Shown here one piece after another: positions 36,035 through 45,903 of a stretch of DNA of 59,370 nt. Below the pieces are notes generated by a model. The model did not search any database, was not told where the DNA came from, and saw only the letters and a program-made list of their open reading frames with translations. The position numbers and the translations under genes were made by a program. Source of the DNA: a virus (lineage: Duplodnaviria > Caudoviricetes); IMG/VR virus record IMGVR_UViG_3300045474_000007, positions 1 to 59,370 of that record, one strand, 5' to 3'. How positions within the stretch are numbered: the stretch's first letter is position 1; the number at the start of each line of letters is the position of its first letter.

Positions 36035-38295
36035 CCGAAAACTCCTCTCATAGGCGAAGGAAAAGGCTCCTTAATCAAACTGCCTCTAGCGGGTAATTCG
36101 TAAGATCCGATGTCTGGTGTGCCTTCCTGTGGAACCGAATGACCTTGGTAGTCCGCTGTGAGTGCAACTGACACTCCCTTGTTGATGCAAGGCGATCCTA
36201 TTTGCAAGTGAAAATCGGAAACGGAGCGAACTAGCGGATTCTGCCAAAGACCATGAGCATCCCATCCAGTTGCCGACTTATAAGCCGCGAACCCGCTAGA
36301 TGTATAATCTGTCGCATTGACATTCGCGTAATTAGTCGCCGTTGTGTACCACAAATTATAATCCGCTGCGGCGACTGTAGTTTTATCCACAACCTTCAAA
36401 GCTGCAATCGCTGCGTTTACTACGAGATTGTTTTTGATGACAATGCCCGACACCCCTGTCACCCCGGAAATGGATATCCCTATACCTTCAGCGCTGAGAA
36501 TCGAGTTGTTATAAATAAGAGCATCCGCCGTGTATTGACTGATGGTAATGCCTGCTTTTTTAACATTGATCAGGTTGTTATGTATAAGAGGGCTAGTGAT
36601 TGAAGCCGAAGAATAACCATCCAGGTAGATTCCAGCCATAGCTGAACCGGTCGGCTCAAACGAAATCGTATGGTAGAGATTATTGTATCTAATGATCGCG
36701 GCATCAACAGCCCCGGTTGACGGGGTGTTTGTTCGCAGTTCGATAAGAATATTAAAGCAATCATAGACTTCATTATGTTCGACAATAGCATTTTGAACGA
36801 GATAGGGAGTGTAAGTCCCCGAAACGGCGAGAATCCCATTGTTGTAAATGTCATGAATGAGGTTACCAGAGATGATTCCGTTTGATCCTCCGTTAAGCTC
36901 GGCTCCAACAGAATTATTGCTGTCGTTTACTCCCACATGATGAATGTAGTTATTTTTTATTTGAGAATCGGCGTTTAGCGTAACGGAGGTTCCAGAATTA
37001 AATGCCGTCTCGAAGCCATCTATTACAATATATGATTGAGAAGAACTTCGATTCCAAGTTAGCGCATGCGCTCTGGTTGCAACTTCCACCGAGGCATAAC
37101 GAGTCGATGGGTCCGTCGCTGCGAAAACATAAAGCCTGGAGTTCCCGGCATCCCACCAAAAGTTATACTCTGCCGTCAAGTCGTCCTTTGATGAGTTTTT
37201 GACCCCCCACGTTATAGCCCCTGTTGAATTAGCAACAAACCAAACGTTGTTTATCCCCGCCGAACCGCTCGGCGCCGATAGGCCCGTTGCATAGTAAAGA
37301 GACCTAGCCGCTGGCGGAATTCCTTTGAAAGTTGCCACAATGCCGCCAGCAACTCGCGAGGTAGTCCACGATTCAGTCGTTTCTACTGCCCCTGTAGAAG
37401 TAACTACTTTAGTTGCACCAAATAAAAAGCTTGCTTGATTAAAATCTTCGGTAAAAGAATTGCTATAGCTTTCCGCTGATACCGTGTTCCCCATGCCAAA
37501 GGCCGCATACGCTAGTTCTGTAGCGACCGTGGTGGTTGCGGTAGTGCCAGACGACCGCGATGTCACGCCGGCCCCCGTGGTTGCAGTACCTGCGGTTTTA
37601 TCTAACGGCGCAGGATCAATGTTATTCCATTCCGATATAGCTATATGGGTCGATGTAGAAGATGTCCAAGTTAGCGTGATCGTAGTTGGCTCGCCCGCCC
37701 CTGCGATTTTATACCACATGGCAAGAGTTGATGTTGTCCCTTGCAAAACAGAGTTTGCAAGCGACCAACCGGAGCCGGACAGAGAAGCATTCCCTATGGC
37801 ATTAGTCCCTTGGCCCACAACGATTAAAAGATTGCCTTGAGTTGGAGTAGCCCCAAAAGTTCTATCTACTGCCGGTCCCGACGCATTGCCCGTATGATAT
37901 GTGCCCTGCACTTTAGTTGGCGTAGGAGTTGATGGAGTGTAACTTTCAGATGTCCAGCTTGAAGGATCTGTTGATCCAAATACCTGCGGCTTGGCTCCGC
38001 TACCATACGAGCTGATAGTGATGGGGTTCCCCGCTGATCCAGAAGATGCAAAATCAAGTTCCTCGCGCCACGTCTCGCCCTTCTTAAATAGAATCGAATC
38101 TCCGGGAGAGAAACTTGCAGCATTGACCTTGGCAATAGTTTTCCACGGACCTCCAGCGCCGGGAGTTGAACTCAGCCCGGTGTTGGTGTCGCTGCCATCG
38201 GCCACGGAAACATAGTAAGTTCGCGGCTGGAATAGGCCAGAGGCTAGCTTAGAGCCGCTTCGAACTGATGGATACGATCTGCCACGACGCGCCAT
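36031..38295 (-). CDS. Right-handed beta-helix (pectate-lyase-like) tail protein
   Basis: YYVSVADGSDTNTG..PWKTI, PGDSILFKKGETWRE, parallel beta-helix repeats, PDIGSYE. Confidence 0.85.
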   Translation of the reverse strand: MARRGRSYPSVRSGSKLASGLFQPRTYYVSVADGSDTNTGLSSTPGAGGPWKTIAKVNAASFSPGDSILFKKGETWREELDFASSGSAGNPITISSYGSGAKPQVFGSTDPSSWTSESYTPSTPTPTKVQGTYHTGNASGPAVDRTFGATPTQGNLLIVVGQGTNAIGNASLSGSGWSLANSVLQGTTSTLAMWYKIAGAGEPTTITLTWTSSTSTHIAISEWNNIDPAPLDKTAGTATTGAGVTSRSSGTTATTTVATELAYAAFGMGNTVSAESYSNSFTEDFNQASFLFGATKVVTSTGAVETTESWTTSRVAGGIVATFKGIPPAARSLYYATGLSAPSGSAGINNVWFVANSTGAITWGVKNSSKDDLTAEYNFWWDAGNSRLYVFAATDPSTRYASVEVATRAHALTWNRSSSQSYIVIDGFETAFNSGTSVTLNADSQIKNNYIHHVGVNDSNNSVGAELNGGSNGIISGNLIHDIYNNGILAVSGTYTPYLVQNAIVEHNEVYDCFNILIELRTNTPSTGAVDAAIIRYNNLYHTISFEPTGSAMAGIYLDGYSSASITSPLIHNNLINVKKAGITISQYTADALIYNNSILSAEGIGISISGVTGVSGIVIKNNLVVNAAIAALKVVDKTTVAAADYNLWYTTATNYANVNATDYTSSGFAAYKSATGWDAHGLWQNPLVRSVSDFHLQIGSPCINKGVSVALTADYQGHSVPQEGTPDIGSYELPARGSLIKEPFPSPMRGVFG

Positions 38296-38304
38296 TTAGA
38301 AACC

Positions 38305-38817
38305 TTAAATCTTAAGCACCACTCCGCAAAGGCAGTTAACCGCCGCTGGGGCCGTAACTCTAACCCGTAAAAACTTGCTAACTTGAATAATCGGCTCGTC
38401 CCCTAGCGCCCATTCGTACATATACGGGCTCAGCGCCGGGTCTATCTGCTGAACGTCCAGCACACGCGAAGCTCCTATGCTTCCTTCCGCAGTTGCCGTG
38501 TACCCGGTATTGGCAGTGCCTACCTGGATCAAGTTCGTCACGGGATCTCCGCCCGCAAGCGCGTCGCCGTCTAATTTTACAATGCCCGCCGTGACGTGAG
38601 CCGTAACCGTTGCCGCCACATCCGTCTCTATCAGCTCGCAAAGTATCGGCGCTGCTGCGGCAAACCCTGAAAAGTTGATCCACCAGCGTTTTACCTTGGC
38701 TACGATAGTCGCGCTGGGTTGTACTTGGAGCATTGTTTTTATTGCTGTACCAGTGGTGACCACTGCCGCTCCTGCTGTAGTTGGCGCAGGGAAGTTGCCG
38801 ATTGAGTAGAGTCCCAT
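38305..38817 (-). CDS. Putative virion structural protein
   Basis: 170 aa, beta-rich; TGTAIKTMLQV motif. Confidence 0.65.
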   Translation of the reverse strand: MGLYSIGNFPAPTTAGAAVVTTGTAIKTMLQVQPSATIVAKVKRWWINFSGFAAAAPILCELIETDVAATVTAHVTAGIVKLDGDALAGGDPVTNLIQVGTANTGYTATAEGSIGASRVLDVQQIDPALSPYMYEWALGDEPIIQVSKFLRVRVTAPAAVNCLCGVVLKI

Positions 38818-38826
38818 TTTATCTCC

Positions 38827-39582
38827 TTACCAGTTTGCCGCCCGTCTTAGTGATTGCCTTTTTGGGAATTGGTAAATATTGGGACTCAAGAGTCCCGCCG
38901 CCGGCTGCATCGCCGCATAGGAAAGGCCGTTGCCGGAGTTGTAAAGCTGGGAAACCTCGCCACTGCTTAAAGCTCTTTTCCACAGCCCTACTTGGTCCAT
39001 ACGACCGTCGAAATTAGAAGTCCCGTTGCTCCACGCCCGAGTCCCAATGGCAAACGTACCGCTCCCAGCCAACGGAGTGATACTTGCACTCGTAGATGTC
39101 GTTGGCGTACCATTATCAATATATAACGAGTTGGTGTTTGAAGATGCAACATAAGTTCCAACGATATGATGCCAAGTAGTTGCGGAAGGTTCGCTTGCCG
39201 TCGTTTCGTTGAAACCTGTCGTCGTGCCATCGAAAACTGCAAAAAAAAGATTGCCGCCATTTATCCCAATCTGATATTCTCTGCCGGGATTGCTACTCGT
39301 GCGTTTGTTGATCATCCAATACTGATTCCCTGTTGCTGGGGAATAGTACCAAAACGATATACTGAAATCTCCGCCACAAAGTTCTAGTGCGGAACTATCA
39401 GCGTGTGTGAAATAGCCCGTACCGCCGCTAAAGCTCGCATAGTTGCCAACTTTGGTAGGCCCTGTACCGGATGAAGTTAGCGAATTTACATTCGTCAAGG
39501 TTTGAGCATTGGCCGTCGCATCCGTGGTCAATGCGCCGGACTCCATTTCCCAGAAAGCCGAGATTTGATCTAATAATGCCAC
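38827..39582 (-). CDS. LamG/concanavalin A-like tail protein
   Basis: FSISFW, TWHHIVGTY, LYIDNG and FDGRMDQVGLWKRALS motifs; GGAG before GTG 39582. Confidence 0.9.
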   Translation of the reverse strand: MALLDQISAFWEMESGALTTDATANAQTLTNVNSLTSSGTGPTKVGNYASFSGGTGYFTHADSSALELCGGDFSISFWYYSPATGNQYWMINKRTSSNPGREYQIGINGGNLFFAVFDGTTTGFNETTASEPSATTWHHIVGTYVASSNTNSLYIDNGTPTTSTSASITPLAGSGTFAIGTRAWSNGTSNFDGRMDQVGLWKRALSSGEVSQLYNSGNGLSYAAMQPAAGLLSPNIYQFPKRQSLRRAANW

Positions 39583-39600
39583 TATGCTAAGCACTCCATC

Positions 39601-39882
39601 ATGAGCTTAAAAGACAATCTCGGGAGCATGTTCGAAATGGAAAACAATGAAACAGTCTGGTCCCTCTGGGACGGCAAAGAATTAACGGTCTCCGCCATTG
39701 AACCCGCCGGCATAGAACGCTTTAAATACCTCATGATCTGGAACCGGCGACTTACGGACGAAGAGGTCAAAACTCTGTTCGATAGTCGGCCTTGGACATA
39801 CAGCAGAGTATTGACGCCCGAAGAAATCGCCGCCTTATATAACGATGGTAAGGGTCTCAATTATCCGATCCTTCCTATCTGA
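39601..39882 (+). CDS. Internally deleted LamG-like mini-protein on the opposite strand
   Basis: N-terminus LKDNLGSMFEMEN and C-terminus RVLTPEEIAALYNDGKGLNY match the ends of the adjacent LamG gene. Confidence 0.6.
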   Translation: MSLKDNLGSMFEMENNETVWSLWDGKELTVSAIEPAGIERFKYLMIWNRRLTDEEVKTLFDSRPWTYSRVLTPEEIAALYNDGKGLNYPILPI

Positions 39883-40189
39883 ACTTGTTGATCGCCTGAG
39901 CGATAGCCGCATTGACGAACGTAACGCTCGCATCGCTGTTAAGCTTTCCCTTGACCGCCTGTATCTCATCGAACGCTGCCCGCGCCGTGGCATCGTCAGG
40001 GAAACCAAACTCAGTTTTGATGACACTGTAATCGGTGTCGTGGGTCCCGTCGGGAATAACCATTGCCTGTATGGTTCCGACTATACCGACATTTCCGACT
40101 AAGCTGTTAAACGATGCCTCCAGATTCCCGAACATGTTCCGAAGTGCGATTGCCTTCGGTAACGACTGACTGAAAGTAAAAGTTGGCAT
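39875..40189 (-). CDS. Hypothetical protein
   Basis: GGAGG RBS; 104 aa. Confidence 0.65.
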   Translation of the reverse strand: MPTFTFSQSLPKAIALRNMFGNLEASFNSLVGNVGIVGTIQAMVIPDGTHDTDYSVIKTEFGFPDDATARAAFDEIQAVKGKLNSDASVTFVNAAIAQAINKFR

Positions 40190-40207
40190 AAATCCTCCTA
40201 GTGATAT

Positions 40208-43200
40208 TTACTGGACTGTAATCGCACCGCCGCTTTGTAACCGTCTTTGTATCCCAGAGCCGAGAAGCACACTCGGCGCTCGCACCTCGACAGGCAAAAC
40301 CGCATTGTAATTGGCGCTTACCGTTCGTCCGGATGAAACCGTCACGGTGCATACCGTCGCCTTAACGCTATCGCACCCGTTCCACGCCAGTAGGTCCCCG
40401 TTTTGAGTCGCAGGAGCCGTAAGCGTTACCGGGACTGTAGTCCCGTATAGGCGAGAGAAATTAACCAACCCGCTACTGGCTCCGTTATTATCCGGCGGGC
40501 TTACGGTTATAGAAACCCCGACTCGGTTGGACTGAACGAGTAAGGTTGCCGTCGGTGGCGGAGGTTGGCCGCTGCTCAACATGATATTTATGTCGGTTAG
40601 CCAGCCGTCCGGAGCCGTGGCGAAGTCCACATAGTACCAGTCGGCATTGTTATTGTCGGCGCTAGCCGGTCCCTGCAAGATAGTTCCAACATCGCCACCA
40701 ACATGGCTGCCGAGTTTAACTCCAGAACTGTTCTGGTTGTCCCATATAAAGATGCTCTGGTTCGGGCATATCTCCACCACTTGCTGCACCGTGAAGGACT
40801 TGGCTACTCCGCATCCGTTGCCGCTGTAGTCGGCTGAGATTGTTCTATCGGTTGCCATCGCAACGTGGCACGCAGTATTAAGTGCTCCATCCGTAGAGTC
40901 ACAACCCGTCCAAGCACTAAAGAATCTCCCGCCGGATGATGGCGGAGCAGTAATCGTCGCCAGGGTGCTGCCTTGGTAGGCCAGAGTGAATCCGGTTGAG
41001 CCGCTCGAACGGTTAGCTGCATCGGCTGGGCTTGCTGTCATAGGCACTGATGACGCTACGGTTGAGTTAATCGTAAGTGTTTGAGTAGCTCCGTAAGCGG
41101 CAGTGATAACCCTACCGAACGATAGTCCCGTAATGGTGCAGGTAAATCCGGTCGTGCTATCGCACCCGCTCCAGGTTGTGAAGTTTAGGGAGCTCGCTGT
41201 GCTAGGCGCGGTGAAGGTCAGCGTCGATGCTAGGTTACAAGATAGAACGGCCAGTGTCACATGGCCGCTAGCGTCCCCGGTGCATGTGCCGCCCCCCCAT
41301 GTGATAGGCACTGATGTTGCGCCGCCACTGTAAACTGAAATGGACGCTGTAGTAGGAGCAGTCGAGCAGCTCCCTTTGTTTGTGTCGCAATACTCAATCG
41401 CTCCGATATCCGGTAGTAGCCCGGTGCTTCCGTTAACTCCATTGGCTCTGGTATTGCCCAAGAAATCCGTGGTGATGCCATTAGGAATTGCTCCCTCTAC
41501 GGCAGGGCTGTTAGAAGCAAGCGTGTAGTTGGGAGGCGTAAGGCTCGCGAGGCGCACTCCACCAGTAGGGCTAAGAATATTGCAGCTTGCCATATTCCCA
41601 ACGCCGCCGCCCTTCGTGCATGTCGGTAGGACTACCGGGTTAATGGCTGGATGGGCTGGATCGGAGTCCGTGCCCGCAATGGAAATCTCGGAGCCTGGGG
41701 AAACGGTTTCGATCAGGTTGTTTCGAATGATCACTCTATCGGTGTAAATGCACCACGGAAGTCCGATAGGGTTGCCGCCAGCATCCTTAGGCTGGTAAAT
41801 GCCGCAAGGGGTTCCCTCTATCCCTCGCGGGTATCCGTATATCAGATTGTTTTCGATCAGCATTCCATGCTGCCCGTTGCCAAGCTGGATAGCCGTTCCG
41901 TAAACGCCACGCGGCCCCCAAACAAAAGTATTATTGCGAACGTAATCCCTGGTCGCGTCGGTAAGAATGCCATCGCCAACGCCGCCAGCTTTAAGATCCG
42001 CATTGCCGTTGTTGTGGAATACGTTGTTCTCGGCCATCTGGTGGAACCCGCCGAAGTCCATGCCCCCGTTATTGTCGTGGATGTAGCTATTGGTCATTAT
42101 ATTGTCGGCAGCATCGGCGGTAAAGGCGAACCCTGCATTATCAGAAATTTCAGAGTTGTTAAGCCTGTTGCGGCCAGCATGGAGATAGAAAGCGTGCAGA
42201 AATTTTGCATACTCTGTGTCCCTTAGCTTTGGCAGCGGTCCGGTATAAGAAACGCCGTCCACTCTCAACAGATCGAAAGGCACTCCACAGTGCGATATTT
42301 TAAAGTTCTCAAGCAGGAAGTCATTTCCAATAGTGCCGCCGCTTCTCCATGTGCCGTCTGGATTCTGGATAGCGTCGTACTCAAAACTAAGCCCCTTCAT
42401 GCGAGGGTCTAGCCGCCCATCATTGACTCCGCTAGCTACGCTCGGTTGAGACATGCAACTGCCGAGAGCGTTTTTCCATTCACCGTTTTTCCAGGTGTGG
42501 TGAGTGGCGCTTAGCTTGTGATCGTAATACTGCTCACTGCGAAAAGCCGAGCCGTTAATGCCTCTCGCGTCAATGGAAATGCCATCCCAGACAACGTACT
42601 TCGTTTCGTTATTTGGATTAGAGTCCTGCATTCCTACGAGATCCACTATGCCCATGAGGTTAACAGAGCTGCCTCTATCGCCCATAGCGCTTCTATCCTG
42701 AAAGAACCAAAGCCCCTCCGGGCCGCCGTCTGCCAATGAAACGTGAGGCGGTGATCCCTGAACGCAGGAGCCGGGATAATTAGCCATTAGGTTATAAGTG
42801 CCAACGTTGTAGTAGGTGCAATCTAAGACGTCAGGCGCTCCCACACACGACCGACCTGAGCAACCCGGGCCATTAACGCTTTGCATCTCATCTAACGTTC
42901 TTGGGCCAATAAGGGCTTGAATTAAGATAACCTGCTCGCAGACGCTTTGCCCTGGAGCTGGCGGGCTGGTGGTGCAAGGTGCTCCTGGAGTAGTCGGATT
43001 ATAAGCCCTAATCGTGAACGGGTGAGCATCGCTACTGCCGGACAGGATCATGGTAAAACGGCTATCCCCGACAACCTTTAAGCCGTTTTCAGTATCGTAG
43101 GTGCCCCCACGTACCGTAAGGAAATGATCCGCGCCGTTGTGATCAAATGCAGCGTTCATCTTTGCCAGTCCGCCAGACATGGTTAAGCAAGCGGTTTCTT

Positions 43201-43333
43201 TGGTTGTGCAATTATTGGAATTGTTACCAGGGGTTCCCGAGATTGCGCCGCCGTCTACGAAATACTCCGATGCCATCGCGCTGGAGCACACCAGAAGAAC
43301 TGCAATGACAATGGTGAGGGTTATTCGTTTCAT
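40208..43333 (-). CDS. Secreted beta-helix protein with InlB-B-like repeats
   Basis: Signal peptide; beta-helix ending PDIGAIE; three F..W.GC..C...V.A.Y repeats. Confidence 0.85.
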   Translation of the reverse strand: MKRITLTIVIAVLLVCSSAMASEYFVDGGAISGTPGNNSNNCTTKETACLTMSGGLAKMNAAFDHNGADHFLTVRGGTYDTENGLKVVGDSRFTMILSGSSDAHPFTIRAYNPTTPGAPCTTSPPAPGQSVCEQVILIQALIGPRTLDEMQSVNGPGCSGRSCVGAPDVLDCTYYNVGTYNLMANYPGSCVQGSPPHVSLADGGPEGLWFFQDRSAMGDRGSSVNLMGIVDLVGMQDSNPNNETKYVVWDGISIDARGINGSAFRSEQYYDHKLSATHHTWKNGEWKNALGSCMSQPSVASGVNDGRLDPRMKGLSFEYDAIQNPDGTWRSGGTIGNDFLLENFKISHCGVPFDLLRVDGVSYTGPLPKLRDTEYAKFLHAFYLHAGRNRLNNSEISDNAGFAFTADAADNIMTNSYIHDNNGGMDFGGFHQMAENNVFHNNGNADLKAGGVGDGILTDATRDYVRNNTFVWGPRGVYGTAIQLGNGQHGMLIENNLIYGYPRGIEGTPCGIYQPKDAGGNPIGLPWCIYTDRVIIRNNLIETVSPGSEISIAGTDSDPAHPAINPVVLPTCTKGGGVGNMASCNILSPTGGVRLASLTPPNYTLASNSPAVEGAIPNGITTDFLGNTRANGVNGSTGLLPDIGAIEYCDTNKGSCSTAPTTASISVYSGGATSVPITWGGGTCTGDASGHVTLAVLSCNLASTLTFTAPSTASSLNFTTWSGCDSTTGFTCTITGLSFGRVITAAYGATQTLTINSTVASSVPMTASPADAANRSSGSTGFTLAYQGSTLATITAPPSSGGRFFSAWTGCDSTDGALNTACHVAMATDRTISADYSGNGCGVAKSFTVQQVVEICPNQSIFIWDNQNSSGVKLGSHVGGDVGTILQGPASADNNNADWYYVDFATAPDGWLTDINIMLSSGQPPPPTATLLVQSNRVGVSITVSPPDNNGASSGLVNFSRLYGTTVPVTLTAPATQNGDLLAWNGCDSVKATVCTVTVSSGRTVSANYNAVLPVEVRAPSVLLGSGIQRRLQSGGAITVQ

Positions 43334-44400
43334 CAGTTCAAAACGTACAATACATGCACTGTGTAGAGCTTCGTTCCGCCCACTGCCGTTCCGCTTACGA
43401 GCCCAATAGTATCACCGGCGGCAAGAGCCGTATTCTGCACCGTATTGGTGCAGGTGGTTACTCCGTCTAGCCCCACGGCAGTCGTTGTCTTTGAGCAGTA
43501 ACGCGCACCGGCCGCAGCCGTTGCTAATGCCCCATTGAGCAAGTTGATAAACGCGCCTGCGCCCGCCGTCATCCTGCCGACGATAACGCTTGACGTTCCC
43601 GTGTCGCCCTCAACGATAATCTCTACAACGGTGGCAGGGCCTTCTATGTAGCAGAGATTGGCCTGTGGCCCGAGTTGCCCGCTAACGATAGCCGATGCGT
43701 TCTTGTCACCTATGACGATATTGCAAATCTTACGGGCGTGAACCGCCGTCATCTTGGAGCTGTCCACTGAAAGGGCTGGAATATCTCCGGCGGCTAATGC
43801 CCGTTGAGCAATGACGCCATCCGTTCCAACCCCGCTTACGAATTGGTTGGCAGTCGGAGCCTTAGGAACCACCGTGATACTGTCGGCGTCAGGGATGGAC
43901 ACTTGGCGAGAGTCAGTGAACGTCCCGCTGAGAACTGCTTGGGCAATGGCTAATGCACCACCGCTACTAACTTGAAGCGTCCCAACGAACCGGCAAAGCC
44001 TGGCGGCGCATAACCCCGTAAGGGCGTTGGCGTTAACCCATACTCCGTTCTGGCGAACGATCTCCGTTGATCCTACGCCAGTGCCGCGAGATACAGAGCT
44101 AGCCCAAGCCGGGCCGCGTTGCATTAAAACTTGAGTGCCTACCCGGTAAAAGAAAATGTCATAACGAGTCGATGCTATCACTGTCGGGGTTACGGTTATT
44201 GCCGCAGATCGGAAACCTTGCCACTCGTTGCTGATGCCGCTGTAAAGCTCAATCGCATCGCATCCGGCGTCCGGCGTCCAAACAACCGAAGTGGTAACGA
44301 TTGAAAGAGCCCCGCAGCTGATCTTCGGCCCTTCCGCTGCGTAGAGCGGAGAGGCGAGAATCACCAACAGGGCGAGAATCCTACTTAGTTTGAATCCCAT
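43333..44400 (-). CDS. Signal-peptide-bearing tail/fibre protein
   Basis: Hydrophobic N-terminus ending in an AxA-like site; GVGSTEIVRQNGVWVN fibre motif. Confidence 0.7.
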   Translation of the reverse strand: MGFKLSRILALLVILASPLYAAEGPKISCGALSIVTTSVVWTPDAGCDAIELYSGISNEWQGFRSAAITVTPTVIASTRYDIFFYRVGTQVLMQRGPAWASSVSRGTGVGSTEIVRQNGVWVNANALTGLCAARLCRFVGTLQVSSGGALAIAQAVLSGTFTDSRQVSIPDADSITVVPKAPTANQFVSGVGTDGVIAQRALAAGDIPALSVDSSKMTAVHARKICNIVIGDKNASAIVSGQLGPQANLCYIEGPATVVEIIVEGDTGTSSVIVGRMTAGAGAFINLLNGALATAAAGARYCSKTTTAVGLDGVTTCTNTVQNTALAAGDTIGLVSGTAVGGTKLYTVHVLYVLN

Positions 44401-44668
44401 CGTAGCCTATTCGCTTTGCAGATCCGGCGTTTAGATTTTTCACCCGAGGACGATTGGAGTTGGTGGCGTGAATAGAAACCGGCTCCCGGCCGGAGCCGAG
44501 AAATCGCTGCGTGATGATATCGTTGGTCCCGTTGTACCAGCTCAGCTCGATATCATCCTCGTGGTGAATATTAGTTATTATCCACTCAACCCCAGAGCTC
44601 GGCTGAATGTCCAGATAGGACTCCGCAGCCACGCTGGAGTTGGAAGCAACCGCATCCCCGACGCTCAT
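44381..44668 (-). CDS. Small structural protein
   Basis: AGGAGG RBS; beta-rich, 95 aa. Confidence 0.65.
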   Translation of the reverse strand: MSVGDAVASNSSVAAESYLDIQPSSGVEWIITNIHHEDDIELSWYNGTNDIITQRFLGSGREPVSIHATNSNRPRVKNLNAGSAKRIGYDGIQTK

Positions 44669-44676
44669 AGCGCCTC

Positions 44677-45144
44677 CTAACTGGCTCGGTAGAAGTTGGC
44701 CACGAGCGCGACGATATCCGACCCGTCCGGCGTCATGACGAAGTCATGGGCCGTAAGCGGAATGATGTTGGCGTCGGTCCCAGCCGTGGTATCGTTGTCG
44801 TAGCAAACTATCAGCTTGCTCCACCCGTCACCGGCGGCCACGGCGGACCAGGTTTGATCGCCGAAGTCTAAGTCTGTTCTATCGTTGCCGGTGTCCGTCG
44901 CAAACGCGACAAGATCGGCATCCGTTAAGACCTTGCGAGCATAACCGCTGTTGGTAACCTCGTTGGTCGCTCCCGATACAACGTCCGCCAATGTGGCCTT
45001 GTCTTTAAGCGTGGCATCGGACTCTAAGCCAGACGTAGCCAGTGCCACAACAACCAGCGCCGAATTGGCCGGATCGTTTGACTTGACCCGATTATACAAC
45101 TCAGCCACCCTGCCGAGCGCGATGTTGAATACAAAATTTGCCAT
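44677..45144 (-). CDS. Minor tail/structural protein
   Basis: MANFVFNIALG..GYARKVL..FVMTPDGSDI; strong RBS. Confidence 0.75.
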   Translation of the reverse strand: MANFVFNIALGRVAELYNRVKSNDPANSALVVVALATSGLESDATLKDKATLADVVSGATNEVTNSGYARKVLTDADLVAFATDTGNDRTDLDFGDQTWSAVAAGDGWSKLIVCYDNDTTAGTDANIIPLTAHDFVMTPDGSDIVALVANFYRAS

Positions 45145-45173
45145 GAAAGAATCCTCCCTCTAAGATTTAGAAC

Positions 45174-45206
45174 AAAAAAAAGCGATGCTGAAAAATTCAA
45201 CACCGC
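45174..45206 (-). terminator. Intrinsic terminator of late attenuator copy 2
   Basis: GCGGTGTTGAA-TTT-TTCAGCATCGC followed by T8. Confidence 0.8.
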
Positions 45207-45250
45207 CCTTGTCTCAACTTGAGTTGGCCCCTCAACTGCCGTTGTATGAA

Positions 45251-45279
45251 CCCTTACACCCTTACGCCCCGACTGGCAA
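45251..45279 (-). promoter_or_regulatory. Sigma70-like promoter, late attenuator copy 2
   Basis: TTGCCA-17-TAAGGG; same spacing to the conserved hairpin as copy 1. Confidence 0.65.
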
Positions 45280-45283
45280 ACTT

Positions 45284-45898
45284 TTACGGACTGGCTCTTA
45301 TTGCAAAAGCCGCGCTCGTGGCTCCGCTCGTCGCTTTTACGACCTCGAATATTGTCTCTCGCGCTATGGTGATCTCCTCAGAATTGCCATCAGATCGCAC
45401 CACCGTCACTTTATCAAAGATCGTTCCCGGTTCTCGGTCTACGCTCACCGTCGTTCCGTCTAACGCGGGAAGCGTGAGAACAAACGGCCCAATGGTAAAA
45501 GCGTTTGAAAATAGCTGCTGATCTTTTACCGCCAGCCCGTCCACCCATCTGTAGAGCCGCACCTGATAGCTCCCCGCTCTTAAGCCGGGAAACGTAACAC
45601 TACCCTGAACTACTCCAGCCGCAGGACGAACCTTCCATGAATCGTTTAAGTATCGCCAATCAAGCCGTACCGTCCCCGCAGCGTTCCAAAGTCCCATATA
45701 GTCTCGCGGTCCTGCGTTGGGGTTGGTAAATGAAAACGTTTCACTGGCGGAAATATCCGTTACGGCATAGCGCAAGAATTGCGACGTCTTAACCGGTTGC
45801 AAGGTGGCCGTCTGCGGCACCGGCTCGGCCCCATAAGCCGAACCGGCCAGCAGCACGAGGATAAGAACCGGGAATTGCAACCATCGCTTAGCCTTCAT
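45284..45898 (-). CDS. Secreted Ig-like protein
   Basis: Signal peptide ending AYG-A; DYMGLW..DWRYL..GSYQVRLY module. Confidence 0.7.
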   Translation of the reverse strand: MKAKRWLQFPVLILVLLAGSAYGAEPVPQTATLQPVKTSQFLRYAVTDISASETFSFTNPNAGPRDYMGLWNAAGTVRLDWRYLNDSWKVRPAAGVVQGSVTFPGLRAGSYQVRLYRWVDGLAVKDQQLFSNAFTIGPFVLTLPALDGTTVSVDREPGTIFDKVTVVRSDGNSEEITIARETIFEVVKATSGATSAAFAIRASP

Positions 45899-45903
45899 AT
45901 TTT

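Noticed and set aside
21391-43337. Other CTGATGA matches (21391, ~32493, ~43330)
   Set aside because: They are inside genes or at a stop/start junction and lack the GAAA/GUC stem architecture of a hammerhead.
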